From: Candidatus Poribacteria bacterium | GTDB lineage: Bacteria > Poribacteria > WGA-4E > WGA-3G | Direction of reading: 5' to 3' | Length of the DNA: 64,000 nt | Assembly (NCBI GenBank): GCA_022825665.1 | Contig: JAJDWI010000112.1 | Location: forward strand, 172-64,171 | In this document: piece after piece, positions 1 through 9,851 of the stretch | Layout: every line of letters starts with the position of its first letter | Position numbering within the stretch: position 1 is the stretch's first letter | Translations under genes and position numbers: made by a program | Notes under the pieces: model-generated | What the model was told of the DNA's origin: nothing | What the model saw: only the letters and a program-made list of their open reading frames with translations | Databases searched by the model: none

Positions 1-84
1 CCGCAACGAAGCACAAACCCCTACCTTTAGGTAGTGGGTACTATGACAGACCTAATTGCTATCCTTCCACTAAATCTCACCTAT

Positions 85-181
85 TGTCTGCACCAGGATT
101 TTCAGGATTGCTTAAATAATGTCAAACTAAGGAAAGACATTTATCTGAGAGAAACTAATCCTGTCCATCCTGGTTCAGACA
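85..181. repeat. MITE-like element with ~24-nt terminal inverted repeats (tgtctgNaccaggattttcaggat ... aatcctg..cctggttcagaca)
   Basis: Left arm 85-108 and right arm 157-181 are near reverse complements. The same termini recur at 23818-23961, 48756-48893, 61823-62020 and 63847-63893. Confidence 0.7.
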
Positions 182-271
182 ACAATAATATATTCATTGA
201 CAAAAGCACCTTTAACCATATAGAATAGAGTTATATTTATTGTATTTTCACCTATTGAAAGGAAATAAAAA

Positions 272-1351
272 ATGGCATTAAAAGTTGGCGTAGTTGGCAT
301 GAGTGGAATTGGGAATAATCATGCGAATTGCCACGCAAATGATGATTTAGCGGAACTTGTTGCGGTATGCGATATAGTGAAAGAACGAGCGGACAGCGCA
401 GCAGAACGACTCGGTGTGAAGGCATACTATACCTTAGCCGATATGATTGATGGAGAACCCGATTTGGACATTGTTGATGTCACTACGGGTGGAAATGAGA
501 ACGGTAGTTGGCACTATGAACCGACAATGGAAGCACTTGACAAAGGAAAACATGTGCTCGTAGAAAAACCGATCTCAAATGACATCGGACAGGCTCGTGA
601 AATGGTTGCGAAGGCAACAGAGGAAGATCTCTACCTTGCATGTAATCTCAATCACTACTTTACACCCCCAGCGGATCAAGCAAAGAAATATATTGACAAT
701 GGACAGATAGGAGAAATGGTTTACATTCTGCATAAGATGGGGTTTGCTGGTGGAGAATTCAACTATAGTTACTCTAATGCACCCCGATCTGACGGTTTTC
801 CTTATTTTCACGTGAAAGCGTTTCTATCACATCCGTTCAGTGTGATGCGTCATTTCTGCGGCGACGTGACACATGTGCAAGCATTTATGGAACGTCCTCA
901 TTTTCGTCGCCGTGAAGGTGACCTGATGGTATCTATAAACAGTATTCATCTTCGGTTTGAAAACGGTTGTATCGGCTACCTACTCAGTCAACGTGGAGAT
1001 GCGACCTTCGGACTTGGTGGTTGGTGGAGTGTTGAACTTGCTGGCACACGCGGCACATTCTGCATTGAAAACTGTATCGAAAAGGTCACTTTCTGGTCCG
1101 CCCCCGGTGCACCTGAAGGTGGAGAACCAGTTGTAACAGAATCGGGTATCAAAGACTTTTCACAAACCTTCCCTCTAAGGATACATGCGTTTTTAGAAGA
1201 CATTACTAACGAAGTACCGAAAGAGAAGATACGCGCCTCTGGTAGAGATGCTCTCGCTGCGCTTGAATACACATGGGCTGCAATGGAATCTTATGAACAG
1301 GGAGGAATCTTGGTCCGTCCCCATCCTCTGCCTACATTGAGTGGTCTGTAA
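272..1351 (+). CDS. Gfo/Idh/MocA family NAD(P)-dependent oxidoreductase
   Basis: 359-aa ORF with an N-terminal Rossmann segment (KVGVVGMSGIGNNH) and the family EKP motif (VLVEKPIS). An A/G-rich RBS precedes the ATG. Confidence 0.85.
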   Translation: MALKVGVVGMSGIGNNHANCHANDDLAELVAVCDIVKERADSAAERLGVKAYYTLADMIDGEPDLDIVDVTTGGNENGSWHYEPTMEALDKGKHVLVEKPISNDIGQAREMVAKATEEDLYLACNLNHYFTPPADQAKKYIDNGQIGEMVYILHKMGFAGGEFNYSYSNAPRSDGFPYFHVKAFLSHPFSVMRHFCGDVTHVQAFMERPHFRRREGDLMVSINSIHLRFENGCIGYLLSQRGDATFGLGGWWSVELAGTRGTFCIENCIEKVTFWSAPGAPEGGEPVVTESGIKDFSQTFPLRIHAFLEDITNEVPKEKIRASGRDALAALEYTWAAMESYEQGGILVRPHPLPTLSGL

Positions 1352-1392
1352 GAGAACACTTGTATCACGACACTTTAGAAGGAGAATCACAT

Positions 1393-2190
1393 TTGAAATT
1401 AGGAGCAAATTCTGTTTTATTTGGCGGTTACGATATGGAAACCGCCTTCAAACACATTGCAATGGCTGGCTACGATGGCATTGAACTTTCTGCTATTGAC
1501 GGAATGAGCCAGCACCTTGTTCTTGCAAATTGGCAGGAGCTTGCAGATGACATCAAACGTTTTTCAAAAGAATATGATCTTGAGTTGTTGGCAATGGAGC
1601 AACCCTCACGCGATCCTGAGAGAATGGAGTTGGCATTTCAAGCAGCTGTTGAGATCGGCATTCCAATTGTGAACTGCGGTCCTGGCGGTTCATCTGATGA
1701 TGAATCTGCATGGGCTCCGGTCATCGATTCTTTGGGTAGCCTATCTGAACGTGCGGAACACTACGGTGTTACGTTATGCGTCAAGGCACACGTCGGTGCG
1801 AGTATCTACAACACACCAACAACACTCCGTGTGATGGAAGAAATTACATCCCCAGCATTCGGTATTGACATGGATCCATCACACATACACCGTGCAGGAG
1901 AAGATCCTGTGGAAGCGATTGCGGCTGTCGTCTCACGCGTGAAACACGTACATATTCGTGATTGTAAGGGTACGGAACGCGGTCCTGGTGCCCCTGAACT
2001 ACAAGCAAACGGACGAGGAGACATTGACCTTGTCGGATATATCCGTGTGCTACATGAAAACGGTTATACAGGTCCGTTAAACCTTGAAGTTATTGGTGCA
2101 AGAGAATATAGTATGGAACAGTGTTGCACAATCGCTGCTGAATCGCGTGGACACATGCAGGCGTGTTTGCAGGCATGTGGTGCACGTTAG
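1393..2190 (+). CDS. sugar phosphate isomerase/epimerase (xylose isomerase-like TIM barrel)
   Basis: ORF 1360-2190 looks like the AP endonuclease 2/xylose isomerase-like fold family (GYDGIELS, HVHIRD, NLEV). I prefer the TTG at 1393, 7 nt after RBS gaaggaga, over the track start at 1360. Confidence 0.75.
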   Translation: MKLGANSVLFGGYDMETAFKHIAMAGYDGIELSAIDGMSQHLVLANWQELADDIKRFSKEYDLELLAMEQPSRDPERMELAFQAAVEIGIPIVNCGPGGSSDDESAWAPVIDSLGSLSERAEHYGVTLCVKAHVGASIYNTPTTLRVMEEITSPAFGIDMDPSHIHRAGEDPVEAIAAVVSRVKHVHIRDCKGTERGPGAPELQANGRGDIDLVGYIRVLHENGYTGPLNLEVIGAREYSMEQCCTIAAESRGHMQACLQACGAR

Positions 2191-2250
2191 TATACTACAG
2201 TCTATCTCATATATCATTTACTTAAACTCTTGCAGAATATCATATCTTCA

Positions 2251-2320
2251 TCGTAGGGGCGAGGTTGCCTCGCCCCAGAAGGAAAGAGAGCCTCTAATCG
2301 GGCGGGGAGACCCCACCCCT
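2251..2320. repeat. two GC-rich palindromic (REP-like) hairpin units
   Basis: tcgtaggggcgaggttgcctcgcccc (2251-2276) and gggcggggagaccccacccc (~2300-2319). These are members of the cgtaggggcgagg-N4-cctcgccc family seen at least 9 times in the window. Confidence 0.7.
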
Positions 2321-2494
2321 ATTGTTGTCCTTTTCGGTGCGTGGAAAATACCTAAATCAGATGTTGCAATTGACGATAACGAGTAAGAGTTTATTCCAAG
2401 AAGATAGATTTACAAAGAATTAAACGGTAATATACTCACTGATTTGTAAAAGGTTTATACATAAACCAAGACAATTCAACTAATTGGTATTTAG

Positions 2495-3001
2495 ATGAAA
2501 ATAATAAGACAATACTCACTGTATATTATGTTTGCAGGTGGGTTATTGGTTCTTCTGTGCTTCTTTATACCTTGGATAGTAATTGACACGTTCCCAATAG
2601 GTGGCTCATCAATTTTGAAAACAATAGGTATTCGGTTGGTATTAACAAAGGTTAGTTTTGCAACACTTGCACTCATCACCGCAATTACAATTCTTGTTAT
2701 CTCTATCTACATGTCAGTAAAGAAGACCTCAAGAATATTCAGAACAATTGTCTTGATTTGTTGCGTTGTTGGAGCATTTAGCATTATTATTTCATTAAAT
2801 CAGATAGAAACTGAATACAGACCTTACCTAACTGTAATGGCTGGTACAAATTTAACGAGAAATCAACTAACTGAGTTGAATTATGAAAAAGTATTTAACC
2901 TTCATTATGGTGTGTACGGGATAATTATAGGATATGTCCTTGCATTTATCGGGGCATGCAACATTCCTACTTACGATCAAATAATTACGGATATCAAGTA
3001 A
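2495..3001 (+). CDS. small polytopic membrane protein, paralogue a of a 3-gene tandem family
   Basis: 168 aa with multiple hydrophobic helices. It shares the N-terminal FFIPW motif and the C-terminal YG..G....IG helix with the next two genes. Confidence 0.65.
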   Translation: MKIIRQYSLYIMFAGGLLVLLCFFIPWIVIDTFPIGGSSILKTIGIRLVLTKVSFATLALITAITILVISIYMSVKKTSRIFRTIVLICCVVGAFSIIISLNQIETEYRPYLTVMAGTNLTRNQLTELNYEKVFNLHYGVYGIIIGYVLAFIGACNIPTYDQIITDIK

Positions 3002-3057
3002 ATTGTAGTTTATTGTTCTGTTGTGCCAACAGTTGTTAATACAAAGAGAATGGAGAA

Positions 3058-3456
3058 ATGAAGTTACATCAACGGTTTTTCATACTTGGTAGCGGTCTTT
3101 TTACATTTTTTTGTTTCTGTCTTCCGTGGGAGGATAGCAGATCGGGATTTTGGCTTTGTGCCACTGATGGTTCTGGAATTGTCATTACTGCTTTAATTGC
3201 ATCTTTAGTTATTATTGGTAGCATCCTTATATGGCATTCCAGAATCCTTATTCTGATTAGCAGTATCATCGGTATTCTTATCGTCTTGCCCGGTCATTTC
3301 AGTAATCTACGATATATCGAATACGGTGCATCGCTAACTGCAGTCGGCTTTTTTCTCTCTATTGCTGGTGTAAGGTTTTTTCCCAAAGTTAAGGATAATA
3401 CTGAATCTATTGATGAACAAGATGACGAAGTAGATCCTCAAGGAGAAGAGGAGTGA
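3058..3456 (+). CDS. small polytopic membrane protein, paralogue b
   Basis: 132 aa. Contains motif CLPWEDSRSG, a last helix YGASLTAVGFFLSIAGV and an acidic tail DEQDDEVDPQGEEE. An RBS (ggag) lies upstream. Confidence 0.7.
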   Translation: MKLHQRFFILGSGLFTFFCFCLPWEDSRSGFWLCATDGSGIVITALIASLVIIGSILIWHSRILILISSIIGILIVLPGHFSNLRYIEYGASLTAVGFFLSIAGVRFFPKVKDNTESIDEQDDEVDPQGEEE

Positions 3457-4289
3457 AACAACATTCACATTTAATCACATTGGTAGGAGGAATTTTAGCA
3501 TTCTTCTCTTTTGGATTACCGTGGGAAAATGATCGTTCAGGTGCTTTACTTGCTAACAGTGGCGAAGACACACTGGTTACAATTCTATTCATTATCGGTT
3601 TAACAATTGTCTGCTTCAGTTTTTCTATGTTAAGCCGCTATACCGAATGGTACCTAACATCTAAAATAGCAGCACTTTTCATATCTGGTTTGTCACTCTT
3701 ATTCTTTTCAATTATTGTTGACATATTTATCGGTTTCAGTCTTTTTCCTCTAATGTGGAGGTCTAACTTCATATTCTCCTTTGTCCAGAGAATCAGCGGT
3801 ATATCATTACTATTTTTCCTTGCTTTAGCAATTATTGGGTTTGCTGTATATGTTGCAAACCGACAGGTATATCAAATGTCTTGGCGTAAAACACTTGCAC
3901 TCAGCATTGGGGGTGTTAGTGTACTGTTCTGTTTTGTTTTGTCGTTTGCTATTGATAACACGGGAATTAACCTATTTATTATTTCTTTTATCGCTGCATT
4001 AATCATTACTGGAGTTTGCATATATAGGTTGATCCGACAATCTCCGTGGCGATCTTGGTCAACATATATAATGTTGATATGCATTAGTATAGGTTTCTGT
4101 ATCTTCTTAATCCATTTCCTTGGAAGAAGTCTTGACATAAGAATGAATGGAGAATTACTATACAATCCACAATACGGAACGTTCCTAACTGCAGTTGGAT
4201 ATCTTATTGCAATTATTGGTGTATTGAGCAGCATTGAAACAAAGGAAAGTCCGGAGCAAGATTTGAATTCTACAGAAGATGAAGAATAA
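3453..4289 (+). CDS. polytopic membrane protein, paralogue c
   Basis: 278 aa. The GTG start overlaps the TGA of paralogue b (gtga). Contains motif GLPWENDRSG, a last helix YGTFLTAVGYLIAIIGV and an acidic tail. Confidence 0.7.
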   Translation: MKQHSHLITLVGGILAFFSFGLPWENDRSGALLANSGEDTLVTILFIIGLTIVCFSFSMLSRYTEWYLTSKIAALFISGLSLLFFSIIVDIFIGFSLFPLMWRSNFIFSFVQRISGISLLFFLALAIIGFAVYVANRQVYQMSWRKTLALSIGGVSVLFCFVLSFAIDNTGINLFIISFIAALIITGVCIYRLIRQSPWRSWSTYIMLICISIGFCIFLIHFLGRSLDIRMNGELLYNPQYGTFLTAVGYLIAIIGVLSSIETKESPEQDLNSTEDEE

Positions 4290-4349
4290 ATAGTAACGAC
4301 TTATGTTATTTACATGATAGTTTTGTTGTTTTTAACAACTGTTCATTTT

Positions 4350-4503
4350 CTGTAGGAGTGATCTCCGAATCGCGACCTATTACCCTAAAAATCTTGGTTC
4401 AGGCAACATCGTAGGGGCGAGGTCACCTCGCCCGTCTTCACCCCACACCTTCTTCTGTAGGAGCGACCGATGAATGCCAAATGGCATTCATACCGTTGAT
4501 TTA
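4350..4503. repeat. cluster of modular intergenic repeats (modules C, D, B, C, E)
   Basis: Contains ctgtaggagtgatctccgaatcgcgacc (also at 27605 and 27841), atcttggttcaggca, gtaggggcgaggtcacctcgcccg (4411-4434), and gaatgccaaatggcattcataccgttgattt (also at 24069, 61088, 61968). Confidence 0.75.
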
Positions 4504-4577
4504 CCGGGCGCGACTTTACGACATATATCTACGAATTAACGAAAACTGAATGGCTCTGGGATATCCCATGGAAGCAA

Positions 4578-4607
4578 TTGACAAGTACAATCGTGAAATT
4601 GTATAAT
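4578..4607 (+). promoter_or_regulatory. near-consensus sigma70-type promoter (TTGACA-N18-TATAAT)
   Basis: ttgaca at 4578-4583, an 18-nt spacer, then tataat at 4602-4607. It lies ~75 nt upstream of the ATG at 4684. Confidence 0.5.
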
Positions 4608-4683
4608 TACAACAATGCAATTAAGTCAACACCAATGCTTAAAATCAATCCGCAATTTCTTATTGGTGGAAAAGGATAACCAC

Positions 4684-5016
4684 ATGAAACTTGAAAACAT
4701 GTTTGAATTCATCAACCCAACAGCAATTAGGATAAAGGGAACACGTGTTGGAATAGAAATTGTTATTGAGCAATTTCTTAAAGGGGCAGACCCAAGGGAA
4801 ATTCAGCGGCTTTATCCAAGCCTGAAATTAGAGCAGATTTATGCCACGATAACCTACTATCTGTTCAATAAAAAGAAGATTGATAACTATATTGCAAAAG
4901 GTATTGAGCAATCTGAGGCTGCTTACGAGGAACAACTAAAGAACCCCACTCCCGGTATCAAGCGTCTCATGAAAATCAAAGCGGAACTTGAAGCACAAGG
5001 ATATTATTCAGAGTAA
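4684..5016 (+). CDS. DUF433-like antitoxin-type protein
   Basis: IRIKGTRVGIEIVIEQFLKGADPREIQRLYPSLKLEQIYATITYY matches the DUF433 pattern recalled from memory. The internal ATG at 4684 is preferred over the track start at 4615. Confidence 0.65.
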   Translation: MKLENMFEFINPTAIRIKGTRVGIEIVIEQFLKGADPREIQRLYPSLKLEQIYATITYYLFNKKKIDNYIAKGIEQSEAAYEEQLKNPTPGIKRLMKIKAELEAQGYYSE

Positions 5017-5018
5017 TA

Positions 5019-5387
5019 ATGAATAACATCCAAATTCGATTCCTACTTGATGAAAATATGCCACATGCAATTCGTGATGGCATCAAACGCAGATTACCAG
5101 AGGTTGACGTTAATGTAATTGGGAGTGAAGGTTTTCCAACAATCGGAACAAAAGATGAGAAAATTCTCCAATTTCTGGAACATGAAATGTATATTCTCAT
5201 CTCATCAAATCGAAGTACAATGCCAGTACATTTGCGTAAACACCTACAAAACGGAAGACATATTCCAGGGATATTGTTATTACGTCCGCGAGTATCTTAC
5301 CGAGAAATCATAGATACACTTGAACTTATATGTCTGGCAAGTATACCAGAAGATTTCCAAGATCAGATAACATATATTCCGTACTAA
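5019..5387 (+). CDS. DUF5615-like (PIN-like) toxin-type protein
   Basis: 122 aa starting 2 nt after the upstream stop. The N-terminus IRFLLDENMP is typical of the DUF5615 partners of DUF433 proteins. Confidence 0.6.
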   Translation: MNNIQIRFLLDENMPHAIRDGIKRRLPEVDVNVIGSEGFPTIGTKDEKILQFLEHEMYILISSNRSTMPVHLRKHLQNGRHIPGILLLRPRVSYREIIDTLELICLASIPEDFQDQITYIPY

Positions 5388-5459
5388 AAGTTTGTGAATT
5401 GTTCAGACTCATCTTTTCTGGTTCAACGTTTTGTTTAGTGTGTCTTTAGTTATCACAGA

Positions 5460-6251
5460 CTAAACGGAGATCTCCGACAATGGGATACCGCTATTAAACA
5501 ACTTTCTTGGTGGAAGATCCTCTTCTACGTCAGTTAACCCACACATCCAATTCCATGTATATTGACCCCTCTGCCGATCTCGGTAAGATTCCACTTCTGT
5601 CACATACGGATGTCTTCCCTTATGTTGGTAAGGTGGAATATCATCAGACTCACGCACCCAATCCCGTTTAGGCATTGTCGTTCGGAAATAGGAAAACTTA
5701 ATCATGCCGCGCCTATCAGCGTTAAGTTTTGGTCCTGCTTTATGCCAAATGCCGTACCGTGTCATTGCGACAGTGCCAGCAGGAACGGTAAGCGATAGTT
5801 GACCCAAAATATCACCATAATGTGCAATTGCTTCTCTGTCCACGAGGCGAAAGTGTGAACCCGGCAATATCATCGTTGGACCATCCTCAATTTTTACCTC
5901 TTTTGGATAGTAATAACATTGTAGATGGGTTATTCCGTATCCATATTCTGTGAGTCCATCGGAATGCCATGTCTGTCCACGGTGTGGTGCTTCAAAAAGG
6001 TGATGGTGTGCATTCGTCGGTACGAGGAAATTATCACCTAAAAGTGATCGCATAACACCTGCAACTTCTGGATGGAGCAGGACATTTCTGCGAAAATCTT
6101 CTGAATGGACATATTCATGTAGATGTCCTCCAGTAATGGATTCACATTCCCGATTGAAATCTGCATCAATGACACTCTCTAATGTGATGTATCCGTTGTG
6201 TATAAACTGCATAACATCATCATCATTTAATGTTGGTTCAACTTTTAACAT
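5460..6251 (-). CDS. phytanoyl-CoA dioxygenase (PhyH) family Fe(II)/2-oxoglutarate oxygenase
   Basis: 263 aa with an HxD motif (WHSDG) and a distal His (IWHKAGP). Confidence 0.75.
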   Translation of the reverse strand: MLKVEPTLNDDDVMQFIHNGYITLESVIDADFNRECESITGGHLHEYVHSEDFRRNVLLHPEVAGVMRSLLGDNFLVPTNAHHHLFEAPHRGQTWHSDGLTEYGYGITHLQCYYYPKEVKIEDGPTMILPGSHFRLVDREAIAHYGDILGQLSLTVPAGTVAMTRYGIWHKAGPKLNADRRGMIKFSYFRTTMPKRDWVRESDDIPPYQHKGRHPYVTEVESYRDRQRGQYTWNWMCGLTDVEEDLPPRKLFNSGIPLSEISV

Positions 6252-6263
6252 TAGGTTTCTCCC

Positions 6264-6641
6264 TCAGACTATTTTCTCTAATATGAATTCAAAACTGAGA
6301 TACGCGTTTTCAACATCTGAAAAACTGTAAAGTTCGGGGCGCGGAAATTGGACTATACGCCACCCATCGCGAACAGCATCAAGCACGGAAGCATAGGGAG
6401 GTTCTTGCGATGGGAGTATGGGTTCATCCGGTGCTGTTGGGTCATATAATGCCCACGCACCGAGTGGTGAACGTAGATTTGTTGATTTGGAATAGAGGTA
6501 TAGGATGAGTTGTTTTTCTGAATTCAAGGCATTAACTACATCCTTCAGGTCAACCTCAGTCAACTCACCTGCGTTAAGTTTTTCAATGCAGTTGTCAAGC
6601 CATTTATTTAACGCTGAATTCACTGATAATTCTCCCTTCAA
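6264..6641 (-). CDS. hypothetical protein
   Basis: 125-aa ORF lying 12 nt upstream of (5' to) the PhyH gene on the same strand. No recognisable motif. Confidence 0.5.
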   Translation of the reverse strand: MKGELSVNSALNKWLDNCIEKLNAGELTEVDLKDVVNALNSEKQLILYLYSKSTNLRSPLGAWALYDPTAPDEPILPSQEPPYASVLDAVRDGWRIVQFPRPELYSFSDVENAYLSFEFILEKIV

Positions 6642-6741
6642 TTAATATTGGTATTATAGCATTAAAACAATAAATATGTTATGATAGTTAATGAGGACAT
6701 CTAACTTGAAACATGCTTTCGTAATAGAATAAATAACGGAG

Positions 6742-7992
6742 ATGTTAATTGTGGCTAAAAAACCTAAAAACAAACGTAAGAAACGTTCCAATAACCGAAG
6801 GGAACCTACAAGGAGCCCTAAGTTTTACTTCGATCAAGCAGTTGAAAAATTAAGTCGACATGAAATCCCAGGGACAATCCAGGATTTTACAAATGCGATT
6901 AGACTCAAACCGGACTATGTTGAAGCATACTATTATCGGGGGATCTCAAAAAGTATATTAAGTGAATTTGATGATGCCATATTAGATTATGATGCAGCAA
7001 TCAGATTAAATCCAGACTACGTTCAAGCCCATACAATGCGTGGAATGGCATTAAGATGTATGGATGATTTTGAAGCAGCCATGATAAGTTGTAACACTGC
7101 AATCAAAATTAATCCAGAATATAGCGAAGCTTACTGTATTCGAGGCACGGTATATCATGGTTTAGAACAATATGATAAAGCCCTGGATGATTATAATGAA
7201 GCAATTCGATTGGATCCTGACAGAAGCAATGCCTTCTTTTATCGTGCGAATCTAAAAGAAGAACATGAGGAATATGAAGATGCTCTTGCCGACTACGAAC
7301 AAGCCATACGTGCTGACCCTAATAATTTTGTTGCACGTGATCGTCGGCAAATGTTATTGGAGTGGTTAATGGAGGAAGAAGAAGAAATACCTAATCTACC
7401 AGGTGTGATTGGTTTGACAAGTCCTGAAGGTGAAAGCCTGTCTCCAGATGATACAGAAATCCATGTTCCCACAATGTTGGATTTTTTTGATGATTCTGAT
7501 GAAGATATCGAAGAATACGAAGCTGCTATTAAAGCCGCGGATAGCGTTATAGTGATGGATCCTAAGAACATTGATGCATACTATAATCGCGGAATAGCGA
7601 AGTATAATCTAGATTATTTTGAAGAAGCTATTGATGATTTTGATATAGTGATTAGTTTGCAATCAGACCACGTTGATGCTTACAATTATCGGGGCATTTC
7701 TAAGGACAATCTTGAATTGCATGAGGAAGCGATAAAAGACTATGACGAAGCCATACGAATACAGCCGGATTGTGACGAAGCATATTACTGTCGAGCAATG
7801 GCAAAGTACAACCTTGGGTTAATTGAGGAATCTATAGTTGACTTTAACGAAGCCATACGAATACGACCAGATGTCGTAGATACGTACGTTGGTAGATCAC
7901 TTGCCTATATGCAACTTGATAAAACTGAGGAATCCGTAAAAGATATGGAAAAAACTATGCAGATGATGGGATTACTAAAAGAAGATGATTAA
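6742..7992 (+). CDS. tetratricopeptide (TPR) repeat protein
   Basis: Repeated A.YYRG....L...EAI.DYDEAIRL.PD units. It has a basic N-terminus and an acidic central linker. Confidence 0.85.
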   Translation: MLIVAKKPKNKRKKRSNNRREPTRSPKFYFDQAVEKLSRHEIPGTIQDFTNAIRLKPDYVEAYYYRGISKSILSEFDDAILDYDAAIRLNPDYVQAHTMRGMALRCMDDFEAAMISCNTAIKINPEYSEAYCIRGTVYHGLEQYDKALDDYNEAIRLDPDRSNAFFYRANLKEEHEEYEDALADYEQAIRADPNNFVARDRRQMLLEWLMEEEEEIPNLPGVIGLTSPEGESLSPDDTEIHVPTMLDFFDDSDEDIEEYEAAIKAADSVIVMDPKNIDAYYNRGIAKYNLDYFEEAIDDFDIVISLQSDHVDAYNYRGISKDNLELHEEAIKDYDEAIRIQPDCDEAYYCRAMAKYNLGLIEESIVDFNEAIRIRPDVVDTYVGRSLAYMQLDKTEESVKDMEKTMQMMGLLKEDD

Positions 7993-8154
7993 TTTATTCT
8001 TGTCACTGGAATCCAACAATACAATTGTATAGCCCATAGAGTTGTCGGATTGTCTTGAATGATTTTGGATACAAATATGTATCTTAACGGATATCTACGG
8101 AATGGAAGCATGTAGTTAGTCGATATAAAAAAATATATAAAGAAAGGATAGTTT

Positions 8155-8985
8155 ATGAGACTGGAAGGTAAAGTAGCAATTGTTGCGGGTGCTGCATGGG
8201 GTGGTATTGGTGCCGCAACTGCATATAAATTTGCTTGTGAAGGTGCCAAGGTGGTGGTTAATACACGCCACAGAAAAGAAAAACTTACCGAAACGGTTGA
8301 CCGTATTAAAGATGCTGGTGGAGAAGCGGTTGCTGTGATGGGTGATGTCGCAGATGAAAAAACATGGGAAACCCTCGTCAAAACAGCTTTAGATAATTAC
8401 GGAAAAATAACAACACTGGTTCATAATGCTGCACACTCCTACACAAAAAAAGCGATTGAGTTCACACCCGAAGAATGGAACGAAAGTCTTGGAGTAACGC
8501 TGGGTGGTCCGTGGCTCGGAGCGAAATATTGTATACCTGAAATGATCAAAAACGGTGGTGGTAACATTGTTTTTATTTCCACTGTCAATGCAACAATTAC
8601 AAACCCCGGTTTTGGTCTGTATGGCGCAGGTAAAGGTGGATTGAATGCTTTGACGCGAAGTATTGCTCTGGACTATGGTAGAGAAGGTATCCGGGCTAAC
8701 GCAATTGCTCCCGGACAAATTGTAGGAGAACGCGGTGAAGCATCGCTCGCTGCAGATGCATTAGAAGATCAGGCATCACGAGATTGCTACCCAATCGGAC
8801 GGTATGGCAAACCTGAAGACATTGCAAACGTTGCCCTCTTCTTAGCATCTGATGAGGCGGATTTCGTTACTGGTATCGTGCTAACTGCTGACGGTGGCTT
8901 GACGCTCCAGTCACCAGAAGCACTTGTCCGTCCCTCTTTCCGTCTTCGCTGGAGAGACGACATTTTGGTACCACAACCGAAATAG
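8155..8985 (+). CDS. SDR family oxidoreductase
   Basis: Glycine-rich N-terminus (AIVAGAAWGGIG), NAA motif, catalytic YGAGK and PG motif (IAPG). Confidence 0.85.
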   Translation: MRLEGKVAIVAGAAWGGIGAATAYKFACEGAKVVVNTRHRKEKLTETVDRIKDAGGEAVAVMGDVADEKTWETLVKTALDNYGKITTLVHNAAHSYTKKAIEFTPEEWNESLGVTLGGPWLGAKYCIPEMIKNGGGNIVFISTVNATITNPGFGLYGAGKGGLNALTRSIALDYGREGIRANAIAPGQIVGERGEASLAADALEDQASRDCYPIGRYGKPEDIANVALFLASDEADFVTGIVLTADGGLTLQSPEALVRPSFRLRWRDDILVPQPK

Positions 8986-9074
8986 ATAGACGCTGAAATT
9001 GTTGACGTATGAGTTGGTTTACTTGATTCAAAATAGGGGTAATTTGAACCCTTTTATACAAAAGGAGATAGCAA

Positions 9075-9806
9075 ATGTGTGGAAGATTTACCCTCGCAAG
9101 TGCCCCAGATTTATTTTATGGAATATTTGATAATCCACAACTGCCAATGGAGTTTACGCCACGGTATAATATCACACCTACACAAGATGTAGCAGTGATT
9201 ACCAACACGCAGGATAATGGTGATAAAAATAAGATCGAATTGTTTCATTGGGGACTAATTCCATCTTGGGCAAAAGACCCAAAAATAGGAAGTAGAATGA
9301 TAAATGCTCGGTCAGAAACACTGAGTGAAAAACCTTCCTTCCGGAGTGCCTACAAACGGAGGCGATGTCTTATTTTAGCGGATGGATACTATGAATGGAA
9401 AACGGTTCCTGGTGAAAAAAACAAACAACCCATTTATATACGTCTCAAATCGCAAAATCCGTTTGCGTTTGCAGGATTATGGGAGGAATGGCAGGCAAAC
9501 TATATGGATAAGCCTCTCCAATCATGCACAATCATAACCTGTCCGCCTAACCCGTATTTGGAAGATATACACCACAGAATGCCTGTGATATTGCCTAAAG
9601 ATGCTTATGCTCAGTGGCTTGCTCCCGATGAAAAATCATCAGAGACACTACAACCTATGCTTGTTCCTTTTTCTGATGAGGAAATGGAAGCATATCCCGT
9701 GTCTCGGTTCGTTAATCGTCCAGCAAATGATTCGCCTGAATGTATCGTCCCAATGTCGGATACTGATGAAAATAGTGTTAAGTATATAAAGGAAAGTTTA
9801 TTTTAG
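9075..9806 (+). CDS. SOS response-associated peptidase (SRAP/YedK family)
   Basis: Starts MCGRF (Cys2 nucleophile). WGLIPSW and ADGYYEW motifs are present. Confidence 0.9.
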   Translation: MCGRFTLASAPDLFYGIFDNPQLPMEFTPRYNITPTQDVAVITNTQDNGDKNKIELFHWGLIPSWAKDPKIGSRMINARSETLSEKPSFRSAYKRRRCLILADGYYEWKTVPGEKNKQPIYIRLKSQNPFAFAGLWEEWQANYMDKPLQSCTIITCPPNPYLEDIHHRMPVILPKDAYAQWLAPDEKSSETLQPMLVPFSDEEMEAYPVSRFVNRPANDSPECIVPMSDTDENSVKYIKESLF

Positions 9807-9851
9807 TTTCTGATGCAATTTGTAACATAATAATAACTTTAGGAAGGGATT

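Noticed and set aside
34-228. 64-aa ORF at the window start.
   Set aside because: It is almost entirely the MITE at 85-181.
2084-2386. 100-aa ORF overlapping the 3' end of the isomerase gene.
   Set aside because: It runs through REP-like hairpins (RRGEVASPQ motif) and has no RBS, so it is a repeat-derived artefact.
4615-4683. Upstream extension of the DUF433-like gene in the ORF track.
   Set aside because: The extension would begin only a few nt after the predicted -10 element. The DUF433-like similarity starts after the internal ATG at 4684.
7989-8381. 130-aa minus-strand ORF spanning the TPR/SDR intergenic region and the SDR 5' end.
   Set aside because: It is antisense to a well-supported SDR gene, and its low-complexity Ala/Ser/Thr composition is typical of shadow frames.
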